Source of the DNA: a phage
DNA length: 64,000 bases
Sequence record: NC_100372.1
Reading direction: 5' to 3' (one strand)
Shown: one piece after another, positions 1 to 9,277 of the stretch
How the letters are laid out: each line of letters opens with the position of its first letter
Position numbering within the stretch: position 1 is the first letter of the stretch
Program-made: the position numbers and the translations under genes
The notes under the pieces: generated by a model
The model's input: the letters and a program-made list of their open reading frames with translations, nothing else
Told to the model about the DNA's origin: nothing
The model's database searches: none

Positions 1-32
1 AATACAAAGAGACGATCTGCACACCTAAGAAC

Positions 33-1163
33 GTGGGTCGTGCCAATGAAACTACAGCTGAGCAACAGGCTGAGCTGGAAGCGATCAGTAAGTGGGAAAA
101 ACAAGTCCGTCTGGGGTATGTTGAAAATATGGAAGATTGCGAGCAGGGTGTTGACCTTTTACCCATGCTGGTGCATGACTACCTGAAGCGTGGAAAGGCA
201 CTTAAATTACCTTGCTGGATCTTGCGTAAGTTAGATGGCCTTCGTCTACTGGTTGTTTTCCAAAACGGTGAGCCTAAATTTATTTCCCGTGGTAATAAGT
301 CCTACCCTATTCAAGGAAAGCTTCTGGAGCAACTTCGTTCTTTCCACTTCACCACCGGGATTAAACAGCTCGACGGAGAGATCTATATTCATGGTCTGCC
401 TCTGCAGAAAATAGTGTCTCTTGCTAAACGTTGGCGCACACAGGAAGAGATTCAGGCCGAGATCGATAAAGACTACGAGGCAGATAAAAAACGCCGTCAT
501 GCCGCAATTAAGGCAGGCTTATCAACATACAAAAACTTCAATAAGGTAGATATTCCTGTTGATGTTGAGCCTGTTCGTGATGATTTGCGTTACGGAGGGT
601 ACTGTAGCTATGACTTAGAGTATCATATTTTCGACATCCCTAGTGACAAGGTATGGTGGGATCCGGAAACAGAATCTGGACGATGCAAGGATCTTATGGA
701 TGCAGAAGATACCATTACCACTCTGATGCTTGACCATATCAAGGTTGTTGACGCAGAGCTTGCGTACACAGTTGATCATTGCGAAGAATCTGTTGGTGTA
801 TTCATGTCCGAAGGATATGAAGGTACTATCATGCGTAACTTCTGTGGTAAATACGAATACGGTCAGCGAACATCTGAAGCATTGAAATGGAAAAAGTTCA
901 ACGATGCTGAGGTGAAAGTTATTGACGTTGAGAAAGATAAGAATGATGAAGGTGTTCTTATCTGTGTTGACAAGGAAGGTATCGTTGTTAAAATGAAGAT
1001 GAAAGGTACGCACGAGGAGCGTAGCTATGACAGGATGCAGGAAATGATCGGCAAGTTTGTCACCTTCAAATATCAAGCAAGGACAGAAGACAACAACTAC
1101 CAATTCCCTGTCGGCATCTGCGTCCGAAATGTTAACCCAGACACTTGGGAGGTTCTGGAATGA
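33..1163 (+). CDS. ATP-dependent DNA ligase (possibly 5-prime partial)
   Basis: Motif I KLDGLR (adenylation lysine) and motif V-like LKWKK; reading frame stays open to the window start, so the true start may lie upstream. Confidence 0.75.
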   Translation: MGRANETTAEQQAELEAISKWEKQVRLGYVENMEDCEQGVDLLPMLVHDYLKRGKALKLPCWILRKLDGLRLLVVFQNGEPKFISRGNKSYPIQGKLLEQLRSFHFTTGIKQLDGEIYIHGLPLQKIVSLAKRWRTQEEIQAEIDKDYEADKKRRHAAIKAGLSTYKNFNKVDIPVDVEPVRDDLRYGGYCSYDLEYHIFDIPSDKVWWDPETESGRCKDLMDAEDTITTLMLDHIKVVDAELAYTVDHCEESVGVFMSEGYEGTIMRNFCGKYEYGQRTSEALKWKKFNDAEVKVIDVEKDKNDEGVLICVDKEGIVVKMKMKGTHEERSYDRMQEMIGKFVTFKYQARTEDNNYQFPVGICVRNVNPDTWEVLE

Positions 1164-1190
1164 TGTAGGAAGGTTTAGTAGGTAACGGTA

Positions 1191-1242
1191 GCCAATTGAA
1201 TGATGGTTTTTCAATTGGCACCTGCATAACCACATTATGCAG
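1191..1242 (+). other. Two adjacent perfect inverted repeats (GCCAATTGA..TCAATTGGC and CTGCATAA..TTATGCAG) upstream of the endolysin gene
   Basis: Read directly: 9-bp and 8-bp perfect stems with 11-nt and 5-nt loops; no T-run, so probably not a simple terminator. Confidence 0.5.
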
Positions 1243-1287
1243 TGTTGTTGATCGGGTTAGTTATGAGTAAATTGGAGAGTATGAAAA

Positions 1288-1758
1288 ATGAAACTTGATA
1301 AAAATGTTCAACGAAAAGCTTTCTTGGATATGATCGCATATTCAGAAGGTACAGATAACGGTAGACAACCTACCAAGGATCGGGGCTATGATGTCATAGT
1401 CGGTGGCAAGCTGTTTAGCGATTACAGCAAGCATCCGGGTGTGTACGTTAAGCTAAATGCTAAACTTACCTCCTCTGCTGCGGGGCGCTACCAAGTTTTG
1501 GAGAAGTTTGCTAAACACTATATGAAACAGTTAGGATTACCAGATTTTGGCCCTGCCAGTCAGGATAAGATCGCACTACAATTGATCCGTGAGTGCAAGG
1601 CGCTCGATGATATTGATGAAGGTCGTATTCATCAGGCCATCCATCTTTGCAGATCCCGATGGGCAAGCCTTCCTGGTGCAGGGTACGGTCAGCATGAACA
1701 GAAGATTGAGAAGTTGATCGAGGTGTTTAAAAAGGCAGGCGGCATTGTCCTAGATTAA
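1288..1758 (+). CDS. Endolysin, lambda R-like lytic transglycosylase
   Basis: N-terminus QRKAFLDMIAYSEGTDNGRQ...GYDVIVGG and C-terminal WASLPGAGYGQ closely match the phage lambda R protein as I recall it; catalytic Glu in the SEGT motif. Confidence 0.85.
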   Translation: MKLDKNVQRKAFLDMIAYSEGTDNGRQPTKDRGYDVIVGGKLFSDYSKHPGVYVKLNAKLTSSAAGRYQVLEKFAKHYMKQLGLPDFGPASQDKIALQLIRECKALDDIDEGRIHQAIHLCRSRWASLPGAGYGQHEQKIEKLIEVFKKAGGIVLD

Positions 1759-1761
1759 TCA

Positions 1762-1790
1762 TTGACATGACCACATGGACGTGGTATTGT
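1762..1790 (+). promoter_or_regulatory. Sigma70-like promoter candidate (TTGACA-17-TATTGT)
   Basis: Perfect -35 hexamer, 17 bp spacer, 4/6 -10; upstream of ORF 1822. Confidence 0.35.
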
Positions 1791-1821
1791 TACCTAGTAA
1801 AATGTTAAGAAGGGTTTAACC

Positions 1822-2028
1822 ATGAAAGATTTTCTGTTGGCAATTTTGTTCATGGCAGCATGTCTGGCCTGTGGTGTCGTGTTTGCAGGTGAAACAGCGT
1901 ATCTTGTCGATGTATATCGGGACAATGGTAAACGTATTTGCCTTTATGAAACAAGCCAAGGTGAGCTCTACGAGCTTGTTAAACAAGGCGAGGCTGGATC
2001 TTGTCCTCGGACTCACTTCTTCGAATAA
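1822..2028 (+). CDS. Small protein with N-terminal signal/membrane anchor (possible lysis accessory)
   Basis: Hydrophobic N-terminus LLAILFMAACLACGVVFA directly downstream of the endolysin; RBS-like GAAGGG upstream. Confidence 0.5.
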   Translation: MKDFLLAILFMAACLACGVVFAGETAYLVDVYRDNGKRICLYETSQGELYELVKQGEAGSCPRTHFFE

Positions 2029-2038
2029 GGTTGGTAGT

Positions 2039-2257
2039 ATGGCTTTAGAAGGCACTGATTATATTCACGATTACCGTGGGAGTGCAGTGTATGTGGGCGA
2101 TACTGTTGCAGTATACTACGGTTATGGTTCCCTAGAAACAGCGAAGGTCATACAGATCAAGAATGACCGTGCTAAGCTTGAAGTTTATTACTCTAATGGT
2201 GAAAGATCGATTTCTAAGTGGAAAGATGGTCATTGTATGGTCAAATTGGAGGGCTGA
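2039..2257 (+). CDS. Hypothetical protein
   Basis: ATG preceded by GGTTGGTAG; internal start of track ORF 1871..2257 chosen to avoid overlap. Confidence 0.45.
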   Translation: MALEGTDYIHDYRGSAVYVGDTVAVYYGYGSLETAKVIQIKNDRAKLEVYYSNGERSISKWKDGHCMVKLEG

Positions 2258-2721
2258 TGGAAGACGGACGTTTAATGAAGTCTGAACGCAGGCTTATTGT
2301 GCAGCTGATCCCAGAAACAGCTTGGTATAATAATCTCCGAAACGCTGTGAAGAAGAGTGAGTGGGATAAGATCCGTAAGAAGTGCTACAGAGAAGCCAAC
2401 TATACTTGTGAGGTGTGCGGCGGTAAAGGCAGCAAACATCCGGTGGAGTGTCATGAACTTTACACTTTCGAAGAGGGAGTGATCCGGCTTGTCGGACTGA
2501 TAGCGTTGTGCCCAGATTGTCACACATCGGTGCATCCTGGGTTAGCAAATATCCGTGGAAAGTATGCTCAGGCAGTTAATCAGTTGGCTAAGGTGAATAA
2601 GATCACCAAGGGTATGGCAGAGGCCTATTACCGAGACTGCTTTGCAGAATGGCGGGAGCTTAGCAAAGTTCCTGAATGGAGAACTGACTTTTCGTGGATA
2701 GAGGGTTACCTTGATGGCTAA
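2257..2721 (+). CDS. Cys/His zinc-binding protein, possibly HNH-like nuclease
   Basis: CEVCGG...HPVECHE...CPDCH motif; ATGA start/stop overlap with upstream gene and GGAGGG RBS. Confidence 0.45.
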   Translation: MEDGRLMKSERRLIVQLIPETAWYNNLRNAVKKSEWDKIRKKCYREANYTCEVCGGKGSKHPVECHELYTFEEGVIRLVGLIALCPDCHTSVHPGLANIRGKYAQAVNQLAKVNKITKGMAEAYYRDCFAEWRELSKVPEWRTDFSWIEGYLDG

Positions 2722-3004
2722 GAAACCTGTAAAAGAGAAATTTGATAAGACAGCTTTTGTATTCGATACACCTCTGGACGACATTATTAGAGGTATGCAA
2801 GCACTGTATCGAAAGGCTGAATCTGAGCAGTTGTCTGAATCAGAACTTTACTGGCTTGGTTGGTGGGAGTTAAACCTGCCTAAAGCTGAAAGTTCTTGTC
2901 TGAGAACTGTTAAAACGTGCGCCCAAGAAAACGCCGCACTTGGAATCTACCACAAAAGGAAAAGATCAACAAAAAGCTCTCCAAGAAAGACTAAAAAGTC
3001 TTGA
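2714..3004 (+). CDS. Hypothetical protein with basic C-terminus
   Basis: ATG with GAGGG RBS; lysine/arginine-rich tail. Confidence 0.5.
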   Translation: MAKKPVKEKFDKTAFVFDTPLDDIIRGMQALYRKAESEQLSESELYWLGWWELNLPKAESSCLRTVKTCAQENAALGIYHKRKRSTKSSPRKTKKS

Positions 3005-3030
3005 CAAAAGTGCTATTAATCTGATATTAT
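3001..3030 (+). promoter_or_regulatory. Sigma70-like promoter (TTGACA-18-TATTAT)
   Basis: Perfect -35, 5/6 -10, followed by AGGAGAA RBS and ATG at 3064. Confidence 0.5.
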
Positions 3031-3063
3031 CAGTCAGATATTTATAAACTAGGAGAACTAGAC

Positions 3064-3372
3064 ATGCTTAAAATTTTTATTGTTGAAGATAAAGATATTG
3101 TCCAGTTGTATGCAAACGAGAATCATAAAGGTATGATCCTGAAGAAGGCAAGCAACCTTCATGAAAACACCATTCAACCTGGCGATGTAATTAAGATCTG
3201 TGGCTATCTGATACCAGACTCCTTGATGAAAATAACCCACCACTGGGGGTCTAATCCGTTCCTTTTTGAAAAATATTGGGATGTTGAGTCGCTTATTGCA
3301 GAGAGTGATGATGCATTCCATTACAGCATCCAACCATCTTGCAGAGTAACTAACAGGAGGGTCTTTGAGTAG
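3064..3372 (+). CDS. Hypothetical protein
   Basis: ORF with AGGAGAA RBS downstream of promoter. Confidence 0.55.
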   Translation: MLKIFIVEDKDIVQLYANENHKGMILKKASNLHENTIQPGDVIKICGYLIPDSLMKITHHWGSNPFLFEKYWDVESLIAESDDAFHYSIQPSCRVTNRRVFE

Positions 3373-4504
3373 AGAATATCCGCTTATTGAGTCCATAGAT
3401 TGTCTAGCTGATCTTCTTGAACCTGACGCTATAGTTTATTATGACTTCGATCAGGTTGCATACCAAGCTGCAGCAAGCTGTGAAAAAAGGACAATTGAGG
3501 TAACACATAAAGCCTCCGGACGTAAGAAGGTGTTTAAAACACGAACAGAGTTTTGGGGGAGGCAGAAGAACGCAGTTGGCGGCTGGTTAAAGGCTGAGAA
3601 CACCAACCGTGAAGCTGCATGTAAAAAAGCTGGCAAGGAGTTTATTCCGTGGACACGAGAAGATTTCGATGTCTTGGATATCCAAACCCCTGATCCTGTA
3701 GAGAACTGCTTGCACACAATTAAGTGTAAAGCTAATGCAGTCCTTAACTATCTCGGTATTCCTGAAGATCGGTGCGTAGGGGTGCTTGGAGGAACAGGCA
3801 ATTTCAGACTAGATCTTCCCATGCCGGAACGATATAAAGCCAACCGTAACAATACTCTTCGACCACTGTTGCTTGAAGATGCAAGACAGTATCTACAAAA
3901 GCAATATAACGCTCAAGTGATCAACGGTATTGAAGCTGACGACTGGTTAGCTATCCAGCAATTTGAAGGTTGGAACCACTACCAGAAAACAGGAAAGTTC
4001 AACAAGTTTATTATCTCTATAGATAAGGACCAGCGAACACTTCCTGGGCTTGTATTCGATCCGATGAGGAACGATAAAGGTGATTTTGTAAGAGAGACAC
4101 CTATGCTCATTGATAACGGTATGGGTAACATATTCATGAAACCAAACGGCGATGTTGGTGGGTATGGAATGTTGTTCTTCGGTTATCAAATGCTGTGTGG
4201 TGACTCGGCTGACAATATTAAGCCTTACCAAGGGCTTATTGGTAAAGGAAAGTTTGGAGATGCATCTGCATTCTCCTTACTGTCTCAGTGCAGCACACCG
4301 AAAGAGATGTGGTTAGCAATTATTGATCAGTATAAAAAATGGTTTCCGAAAGGTGCCGTTAAGTATACTGATTTCAATGGTATCGACCGTAGGATTTCCG
4401 TAGGCCAGTGGATGAGTATAATTTTTGACTGTTTGTATATGAAGCGAACATTCAATGATCAAACAAAACTTGTTAACGTTCTTAGAAATGTTGGAGCAAT
4501 TTGA
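3365..4504 (+). CDS. Flap endonuclease / 5-prime to 3-prime exonuclease (T4 RNase H / T5 D15-like)
   Basis: GIEADDWLA motif typical of the FEN family active site, plus acidic clusters; AGGAGG RBS before TTG start. Confidence 0.65.
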   Translation: MSREYPLIESIDCLADLLEPDAIVYYDFDQVAYQAAASCEKRTIEVTHKASGRKKVFKTRTEFWGRQKNAVGGWLKAENTNREAACKKAGKEFIPWTREDFDVLDIQTPDPVENCLHTIKCKANAVLNYLGIPEDRCVGVLGGTGNFRLDLPMPERYKANRNNTLRPLLLEDARQYLQKQYNAQVINGIEADDWLAIQQFEGWNHYQKTGKFNKFIISIDKDQRTLPGLVFDPMRNDKGDFVRETPMLIDNGMGNIFMKPNGDVGGYGMLFFGYQMLCGDSADNIKPYQGLIGKGKFGDASAFSLLSQCSTPKEMWLAIIDQYKKWFPKGAVKYTDFNGIDRRISVGQWMSIIFDCLYMKRTFNDQTKLVNVLRNVGAI

Positions 4505-4827
4505 TGACTAAAAATTCTGTAGATAATGCAATTATGGAAGCTGTTTTTGAGGATGATCATACAACAGGGACCCTTAAAACAAAAAATACATTTATTGTTG
4601 CTACAGGTATGTGGCGGTTGTATGAAGATGACACTATTGCATACATCCTGTATACTGATGATTACGCAGATGATCGTGTATGGTCTGCTGTTTTAAAAGA
4701 AGATTGCGAGCTGATTGAGGGCGAGCGGTTATGCATGTTTACCAGCGTGGAAACAGACGTTAAGCTTTGCTCTCTTGTGCTATTCAAAGACAAAGCTTAT
4801 TCTCCAGATGAAGAGGAAACAGCATGA
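4504..4827 (+). CDS. Hypothetical protein
   Basis: ATGA overlap coupling with upstream gene. Confidence 0.5.
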   Translation: MTKNSVDNAIMEAVFEDDHTTGTLKTKNTFIVATGMWRLYEDDTIAYILYTDDYADDRVWSAVLKEDCELIEGERLCMFTSVETDVKLCSLVLFKDKAYSPDEEETA

Positions 4828-5453
4828 GAGAAAGACTGCTGTCTATAGACCAGTCTCTTACCCACACAGCCTGTGTTGTATGGGACGATGGTAAGCCTGT
4901 TCATAAGATTGTGTTACGCACACAAAGCTCATCTGCAAAAGAGAAGAAACCAGGGACGGTTTCTTTTGCAACAGCTGCTGAGCGTATTGACTGGATCTGC
5001 AAACAGGTTAGATATTATATCCACACGCACGGAGTCGATACTGTGGTTATGGAAGGGCTTTCCTTTGGATCGCGAGGTGATGCCACACGTGAGCTGGCTG
5101 GGTTGTTTTACGGTCTTGAAGTTATGCTTTGGGATGCTTTAGCAGATTGTGAAAATGACGGCCTGTTTAAGGTTCACACAGTGACACCAACAACTGCCAA
5201 AAAGTTTGCTCGTAGTCATCTTCCTGAAGAACTTGCTTTTGAGGAGAAGAAAAAGCTTGACAAAAGGACAGGTAAAGAGCATACTGTGAAGAAACCTGTT
5301 ACGATGGATAAAAAGTTGATGGTTAAGGCCTGCGAAGTATCTGAACCCGGGTTCCTGGATGGGATCAACTTGGTACAAGGTAAGGCCGATCTCGCAGATG
5401 CTTATTGGATAGGCAGGGCGCATCTGGAGGGATTATCGCAAAGCGTAAAATAA
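4824..5453 (+). CDS. RuvC-like Holliday junction resolvase (tentative)
   Basis: LSIDQSLTHTACVV and VMEGLSFGS resemble RuvC/YqgF-fold acidic catalytic motifs. Confidence 0.4.
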   Translation: MRERLLSIDQSLTHTACVVWDDGKPVHKIVLRTQSSSAKEKKPGTVSFATAAERIDWICKQVRYYIHTHGVDTVVMEGLSFGSRGDATRELAGLFYGLEVMLWDALADCENDGLFKVHTVTPTTAKKFARSHLPEELAFEEKKKLDKRTGKEHTVKKPVTMDKKLMVKACEVSEPGFLDGINLVQGKADLADAYWIGRAHLEGLSQSVK

Positions 5454-6010
5454 GAAAGAAAGCTGTCAAAGCCCCCGTTCATAGCGGGTGGCTAAAAGAT
5501 TCTAAGGACATAGCTAACTTTCGGAAAGAATTGTCAGAAGAGCAGGATGGTCTTGATCCGATCTTGTGCGAACCACTTCGTAAGCCTTGTTTAGATCATG
5601 ATCATCTGACTGGTCGTTGCAGGGGTGTTTTGTCCCAATGCACTAATACCTTTGAGGGGTATGTGCTTAAATACTGGATGAAATACTGTAACGAGTATAC
5701 AGATTGCAGTTTATCAGAGGCGTTACGCCGGATGGCTGACTATCTGGAGAAAGACTACAGCGACTTCCCGCTCCACAAAAACTACAGAGATGATATGACA
5801 AAGTTCTTGAGGAGATGCTCTAAAGCTACGATTATTGCACGTGCAGAATCAGATCTCGGTCTTGTCATTAATTCAGAGTATACCAAGCATGAGGCTATTG
5901 AGGCCTACATGCAGGAGTTTATAAAGAAAACTGAGGAGAGAGATTTCTATGGGGACGAAAAAGGTATTCAATCCTTGCGATTCAGTTCTGATCAGGATGA
6001 AATACCGTAA
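5405..6010 (+). CDS. Endonuclease VII-like recombination endonuclease
   Basis: CLDHDHLTGRCRGVLSQCTN matches the T4 gp49 zinc/active-site signature (HLDHDH...VRGLLC..CN); start position uncertain. Confidence 0.65.
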   Translation: MDRQGASGGIIAKRKIRKKAVKAPVHSGWLKDSKDIANFRKELSEEQDGLDPILCEPLRKPCLDHDHLTGRCRGVLSQCTNTFEGYVLKYWMKYCNEYTDCSLSEALRRMADYLEKDYSDFPLHKNYRDDMTKFLRRCSKATIIARAESDLGLVINSEYTKHEAIEAYMQEFIKKTEERDFYGDEKGIQSLRFSSDQDEIP

Positions 6011-6170
6011 CTGGAAAGGTGTTGTTGCAGATCGCTGCGTTACTGAGCCTAATTTATGGTTTGGCTCTACAGAGTATCATAAAGAAGAGCAGTGGTTGAT
6101 GCATGCATTTGACGTAGATAAGGGCGAATACCGTGACTTCGCTTTAAAAGACATTCTTCAGTTTTACTAA
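5997..6170 (+). CDS. Hypothetical small protein
   Basis: Short ORF, weak RBS. Confidence 0.3.
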   Translation: MKYRNWKGVVADRCVTEPNLWFGSTEYHKEEQWLMHAFDVDKGEYRDFALKDILQFY

Positions 6171-6182
6171 GGAATCTTAACG

Positions 6183-7166
6183 ATGATGACAAAGTTAACT
6201 CTTGAGCAAATTTTAACACTAAAGCAACAGGGATACACTAATAGACAAATTGCTCGTGAATTTTTAGGGCGTGAGTCGCGTGAGAGCTGGATCCGACTAC
6301 AGCTTAAACGTGCACAAGAGAATATGTCAGAGATTGTAGGAGAGGCAACGGAGCGCTTCCTTGAAGAACACAAAGGCGCTAAAGTTTGGGTGTATGATAC
6401 AGAGACATCCCCAACAAACGGCTGGTTCTTTGGGCACTATAAGACCAACATTCAAACCTGCGGTATTGAAATTATGCCTTATATGCTAACTTTCGCAGGT
6501 AAATGGTTAGACAGCCCTAGTGTGGTCGACTGTGCTCTTCCTGATTACAAAATGTGGGGCGAGGATATCCACAACGATCTTGAACTGATTCAAGATTTGT
6601 GGTATTATCTGGATAAATGTGATGTTGCAGTAGCGCACAACTCTGGTTTTGACTGTGGATGGGCCAACCAACGATTTGCATTTCACGGTTTACCACCAAC
6701 AAGTCCATACAAAGAGGTTGACACCCTCAAGATGATTAAAAAGGCATTCCGTTTGAATGCAAACACGTTAGAGTATGCATGTAAATACTTCCAACTGGCC
6801 CGACAGAAGCTGATTGACCACACATTTGAAATGTGGATCAAGTGTGTTCATGGTGATCTTGAGGCGTTTAAACAGATGCGGGAGTATAATGTTGGGGACA
6901 TCTTGTCTCTTGAAGGCCTGTATTTGCTGGCGCGTCCGTTTGCTAAGCAGCACCCTAACATGTCGTTGTACTACCAAGATGAGGAGTCAAAAGTTCGTTG
7001 CCCACGTTGTGGTGGAGAACACCTTCACGAGGAAGAAGCTTTGGCGTATACTCAGCTGAGTGCATTTAAAACATACCGCTGCGAAGGTTGTGGATCTGTT
7101 GTTCGTGATCGTAACAACATCCGTACTAGGGAAGAGATGAAAAACACCCTTATTCAGATAATCTAA
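6183..7166 (+). CDS. DnaQ-like 3-prime to 5-prime exonuclease with N-terminal HTH and C-terminal zinc ribbon
   Basis: VYDTETS (Exo I-like) and AHNSGFDCGW (Exo II-like) motifs; CPRCGG...CEGCG zinc ribbon. Confidence 0.5.
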   Translation: MMTKLTLEQILTLKQQGYTNRQIAREFLGRESRESWIRLQLKRAQENMSEIVGEATERFLEEHKGAKVWVYDTETSPTNGWFFGHYKTNIQTCGIEIMPYMLTFAGKWLDSPSVVDCALPDYKMWGEDIHNDLELIQDLWYYLDKCDVAVAHNSGFDCGWANQRFAFHGLPPTSPYKEVDTLKMIKKAFRLNANTLEYACKYFQLARQKLIDHTFEMWIKCVHGDLEAFKQMREYNVGDILSLEGLYLLARPFAKQHPNMSLYYQDEESKVRCPRCGGEHLHEEEALAYTQLSAFKTYRCEGCGSVVRDRNNIRTREEMKNTLIQII

Positions 7167-7174
7167 CAAATAGA

Positions 7175-7200
7175 GGGAGGCTTGCGCCTCCCTTTTCCTT
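7175..7200 (+). terminator. Intrinsic terminator (GGGAGGC-TTGC-GCCTCCC + T-run)
   Basis: 7-bp GC stem, tetraloop, TTTTCCTTTT tail immediately after the exonuclease gene. Confidence 0.6.
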
Positions 7201-7211
7201 TTGGAGGCACT

Positions 7212-8018
7212 TTGAGCAAGAAAGAGTCCAACGACAAATATTACACAGACCCCGAGTATGCAGAATATCTTGTTGGTAAAGTAAAAGGTAAGTATGGGAA
7301 TTGTGCATACGTTGAGCCTTCTGCTGGAAAGGGTTCTTTTTCAAAACTATTTTCAGAGATACTGTCGTATGATTTGGTACCAGATCCTGAATTTGAAGGC
7401 CCAACCCCGTGTATTAAGGCAAACTTCTTAGAGGTGTACCCCAAGGCCGATGTATTCATAGGTAATCCTCCATTCGGCAAAAATTCGTCTTTAGCTTGCA
7501 AGTTCTTTAACCACTGTGCATCATTGCTAGAGCCTGGTGGAGCTATAGCCTTCATCTTGCCACGGACTTTTGAAAAAATATTTTTTGCAAACAAACTGGA
7601 CATGTCGATGCACCTTATTTACAGCGAAAGGTGCCCCAAGAACTCGTTTTTACTTAACGGCAAACCTTATGACGTGCCATGTGTTTTCCAAATTTGGGAG
7701 AAAAAGGTGTGCAATAGGGACCCTGTAGAGATCGGGGAGAATAAGTTATTTTCTTTTAGCACACCGGACGATTACGACTTCTGTATAAGACGTGTTGGGT
7801 ATAATGCTGGGAAAGTATTGGGAGAGGATGACCCAAAATCTGAAGAATCAACATATTTCATAAAATCTTTAGTTGATGGTGTTGACAGAGTGTTTGCTGA
7901 GTGCTATTCTTCTTTTCAAGAAGAAGCAGGTAAGACTGCTGGAATGAAGAGTATAGGCAAGAAAGAACTACAATACATTTTGGAGACCAGGTATGATCAA
8001 AAGTATAGACTTGACTAA
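7212..8018 (+). CDS. DNA N6-adenine methyltransferase
   Basis: YYTDPEY, EPSAGKGSF (AdoMet motif I) and GNPPFG (motif IV); start placed at TTG after GGAGG RBS because the track start sits inside the terminator hairpin. Confidence 0.7.
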   Translation: MSKKESNDKYYTDPEYAEYLVGKVKGKYGNCAYVEPSAGKGSFSKLFSEILSYDLVPDPEFEGPTPCIKANFLEVYPKADVFIGNPPFGKNSSLACKFFNHCASLLEPGGAIAFILPRTFEKIFFANKLDMSMHLIYSERCPKNSFLLNGKPYDVPCVFQIWEKKVCNRDPVEIGENKLFSFSTPDDYDFCIRRVGYNAGKVLGEDDPKSEESTYFIKSLVDGVDRVFAECYSSFQEEAGKTAGMKSIGKKELQYILETRYDQKYRLD

Positions 8019-8451
8019 AGAGCTTACTGATGCAAAAGCTTTTGGTGAGACAGCTGTGCAAAGGGGGCAGGCTATGGGGCTGGCACTACCTTTTGTCTTA
8101 AAAGAGCATTTTACAGATTTTCAGCTTATCCGTGGTGAAAAGGGGATGCTTATTCTGGAGCATAAGCTGAGTAAGAAACGTTATAAAGTTGTTTTTAATT
8201 CTAAAGCTCCAACAAAACTTGGATTCAGAACTTACAATCTCAACCCTTCTTATACTAAGGGTGTTGGAAGAGTGGAACAGCAACATCTCAGTGCTAGAGC
8301 TTCTTTAGCCCCTTTGATGCTAAATTTCTCAGGTGTTGCTTTGGGATACCTGGATAAGAAAAGAGTTCTTCATGTTCGTTTTACAGACTTCGTAACGCTT
8401 TTAGCTAACAACGAAGTAGATGAAAAGGGACGTGTAAAAACAAACTTCTAA
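7993..8451 (+). CDS. Hypothetical protein
   Basis: ORF in operon context. Confidence 0.5.
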   Translation: MIKSIDLTKELTDAKAFGETAVQRGQAMGLALPFVLKEHFTDFQLIRGEKGMLILEHKLSKKRYKVVFNSKAPTKLGFRTYNLNPSYTKGVGRVEQQHLSARASLAPLMLNFSGVALGYLDKKRVLHVRFTDFVTLLANNEVDEKGRVKTNF

Positions 8452-8466
8452 TAACGTGCAGTATGA

Positions 8467-8670
8467 TTGGAGACCGCAATGACACCAGAGTTAACAATTC
8501 CAGACAGCTTTTCAGAAAGCTTTATCCCAGAAATGATGAAGAAGATGCAATCACTGCTTGATCAGATTGAGGAGGCTGTTTGGGAAGACGATGCTGTAGT
8601 AGCTAACGAGCTGGTAGATAAGTGTAAAAGTATTATTGATGCAATTGAAGAATACCACGGAGGTTTTTAA
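8467..8670 (+). CDS. Hypothetical small acidic protein
   Basis: ORF with GGAGACC RBS. Confidence 0.45.
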   Translation: METAMTPELTIPDSFSESFIPEMMKKMQSLLDQIEEAVWEDDAVVANELVDKCKSIIDAIEEYHGGF

Positions 8671-9272
8671 TGGATATTATTGTTCTTAATGCTCCACCAA
8701 GTTCTGGAAAAGACCATATCGCAGATCTTTTGTTGGAAGCCATTCCAAACTCGCATCACCGCGAGGTAAAGGAAATGCTATTCAGTGTGGCAATTAAGGC
8801 AGCGGGTATTTCACCACAGTTGTGGAATGCACTCTATGATCGCCGCTACAAAGAAGAACCGTGCCCGTTCTTAATGATAGACGGCAAGCATGTTTCTCCG
8901 CGAGAATGGATGATCCATTGTAGTGAAAATCTGATTAAACCTATCTTTGGTGAAGACGCTTTCGGTAAGGCCGCAGTCGCATCCTTGAAGAAAGATTTCC
9001 CTGAAGGTAAAGGGGTTGTTGTTTACTCCGATGGTGGCTTCAAAGAGGAGCTGGCATGCCTTGGCGAGTACGCATACAGCACAGGTGGCGATCTTCTACT
9101 GTTCCGTATCCACCGTGCAGGATATGATTGGGGAAATGATTCCAGAACTTACCTTAGCCTAGAGAAGAACGGGATAAAAGGTATCGAGTTTGATGTTGTT
9201 AACCCTGAGGGGTCTCCTTGGGAGTGCGCATCTGAGATTGTGTGCAAGTATATTGATGCTAAAGAGGTCTGA
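8670..9272 (+). CDS. Deoxynucleoside monophosphate kinase-like protein
   Basis: N-terminal VLNAPPSSGKD P-loop-like segment resembling T4 gp1 LSGVKRSGKDT. Confidence 0.5.
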   Translation: MDIIVLNAPPSSGKDHIADLLLEAIPNSHHREVKEMLFSVAIKAAGISPQLWNALYDRRYKEEPCPFLMIDGKHVSPREWMIHCSENLIKPIFGEDAFGKAAVASLKKDFPEGKGVVVYSDGGFKEELACLGEYAYSTGGDLLLFRIHRAGYDWGNDSRTYLSLEKNGIKGIEFDVVNPEGSPWECASEIVCKYIDAKEV

Positions 9273-9277
9273 GAACA

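Noticed and set aside
246-1235. Minus-strand ORFs 246..500 and 615..1235 inside the ligase gene
   Set aside because: Fully antisense to a confidently assigned ligase with conserved motifs; no RBS; low-complexity hydrophobic translation typical of shadow ORFs.
1871-2257. Long version of the track ORF (128 aa) overlapping ORF 1822..2028
   Set aside because: The internal ATG at 2039 with an upstream RBS-like sequence gives a non-overlapping gene; the long form would overlap most of the preceding ORF.
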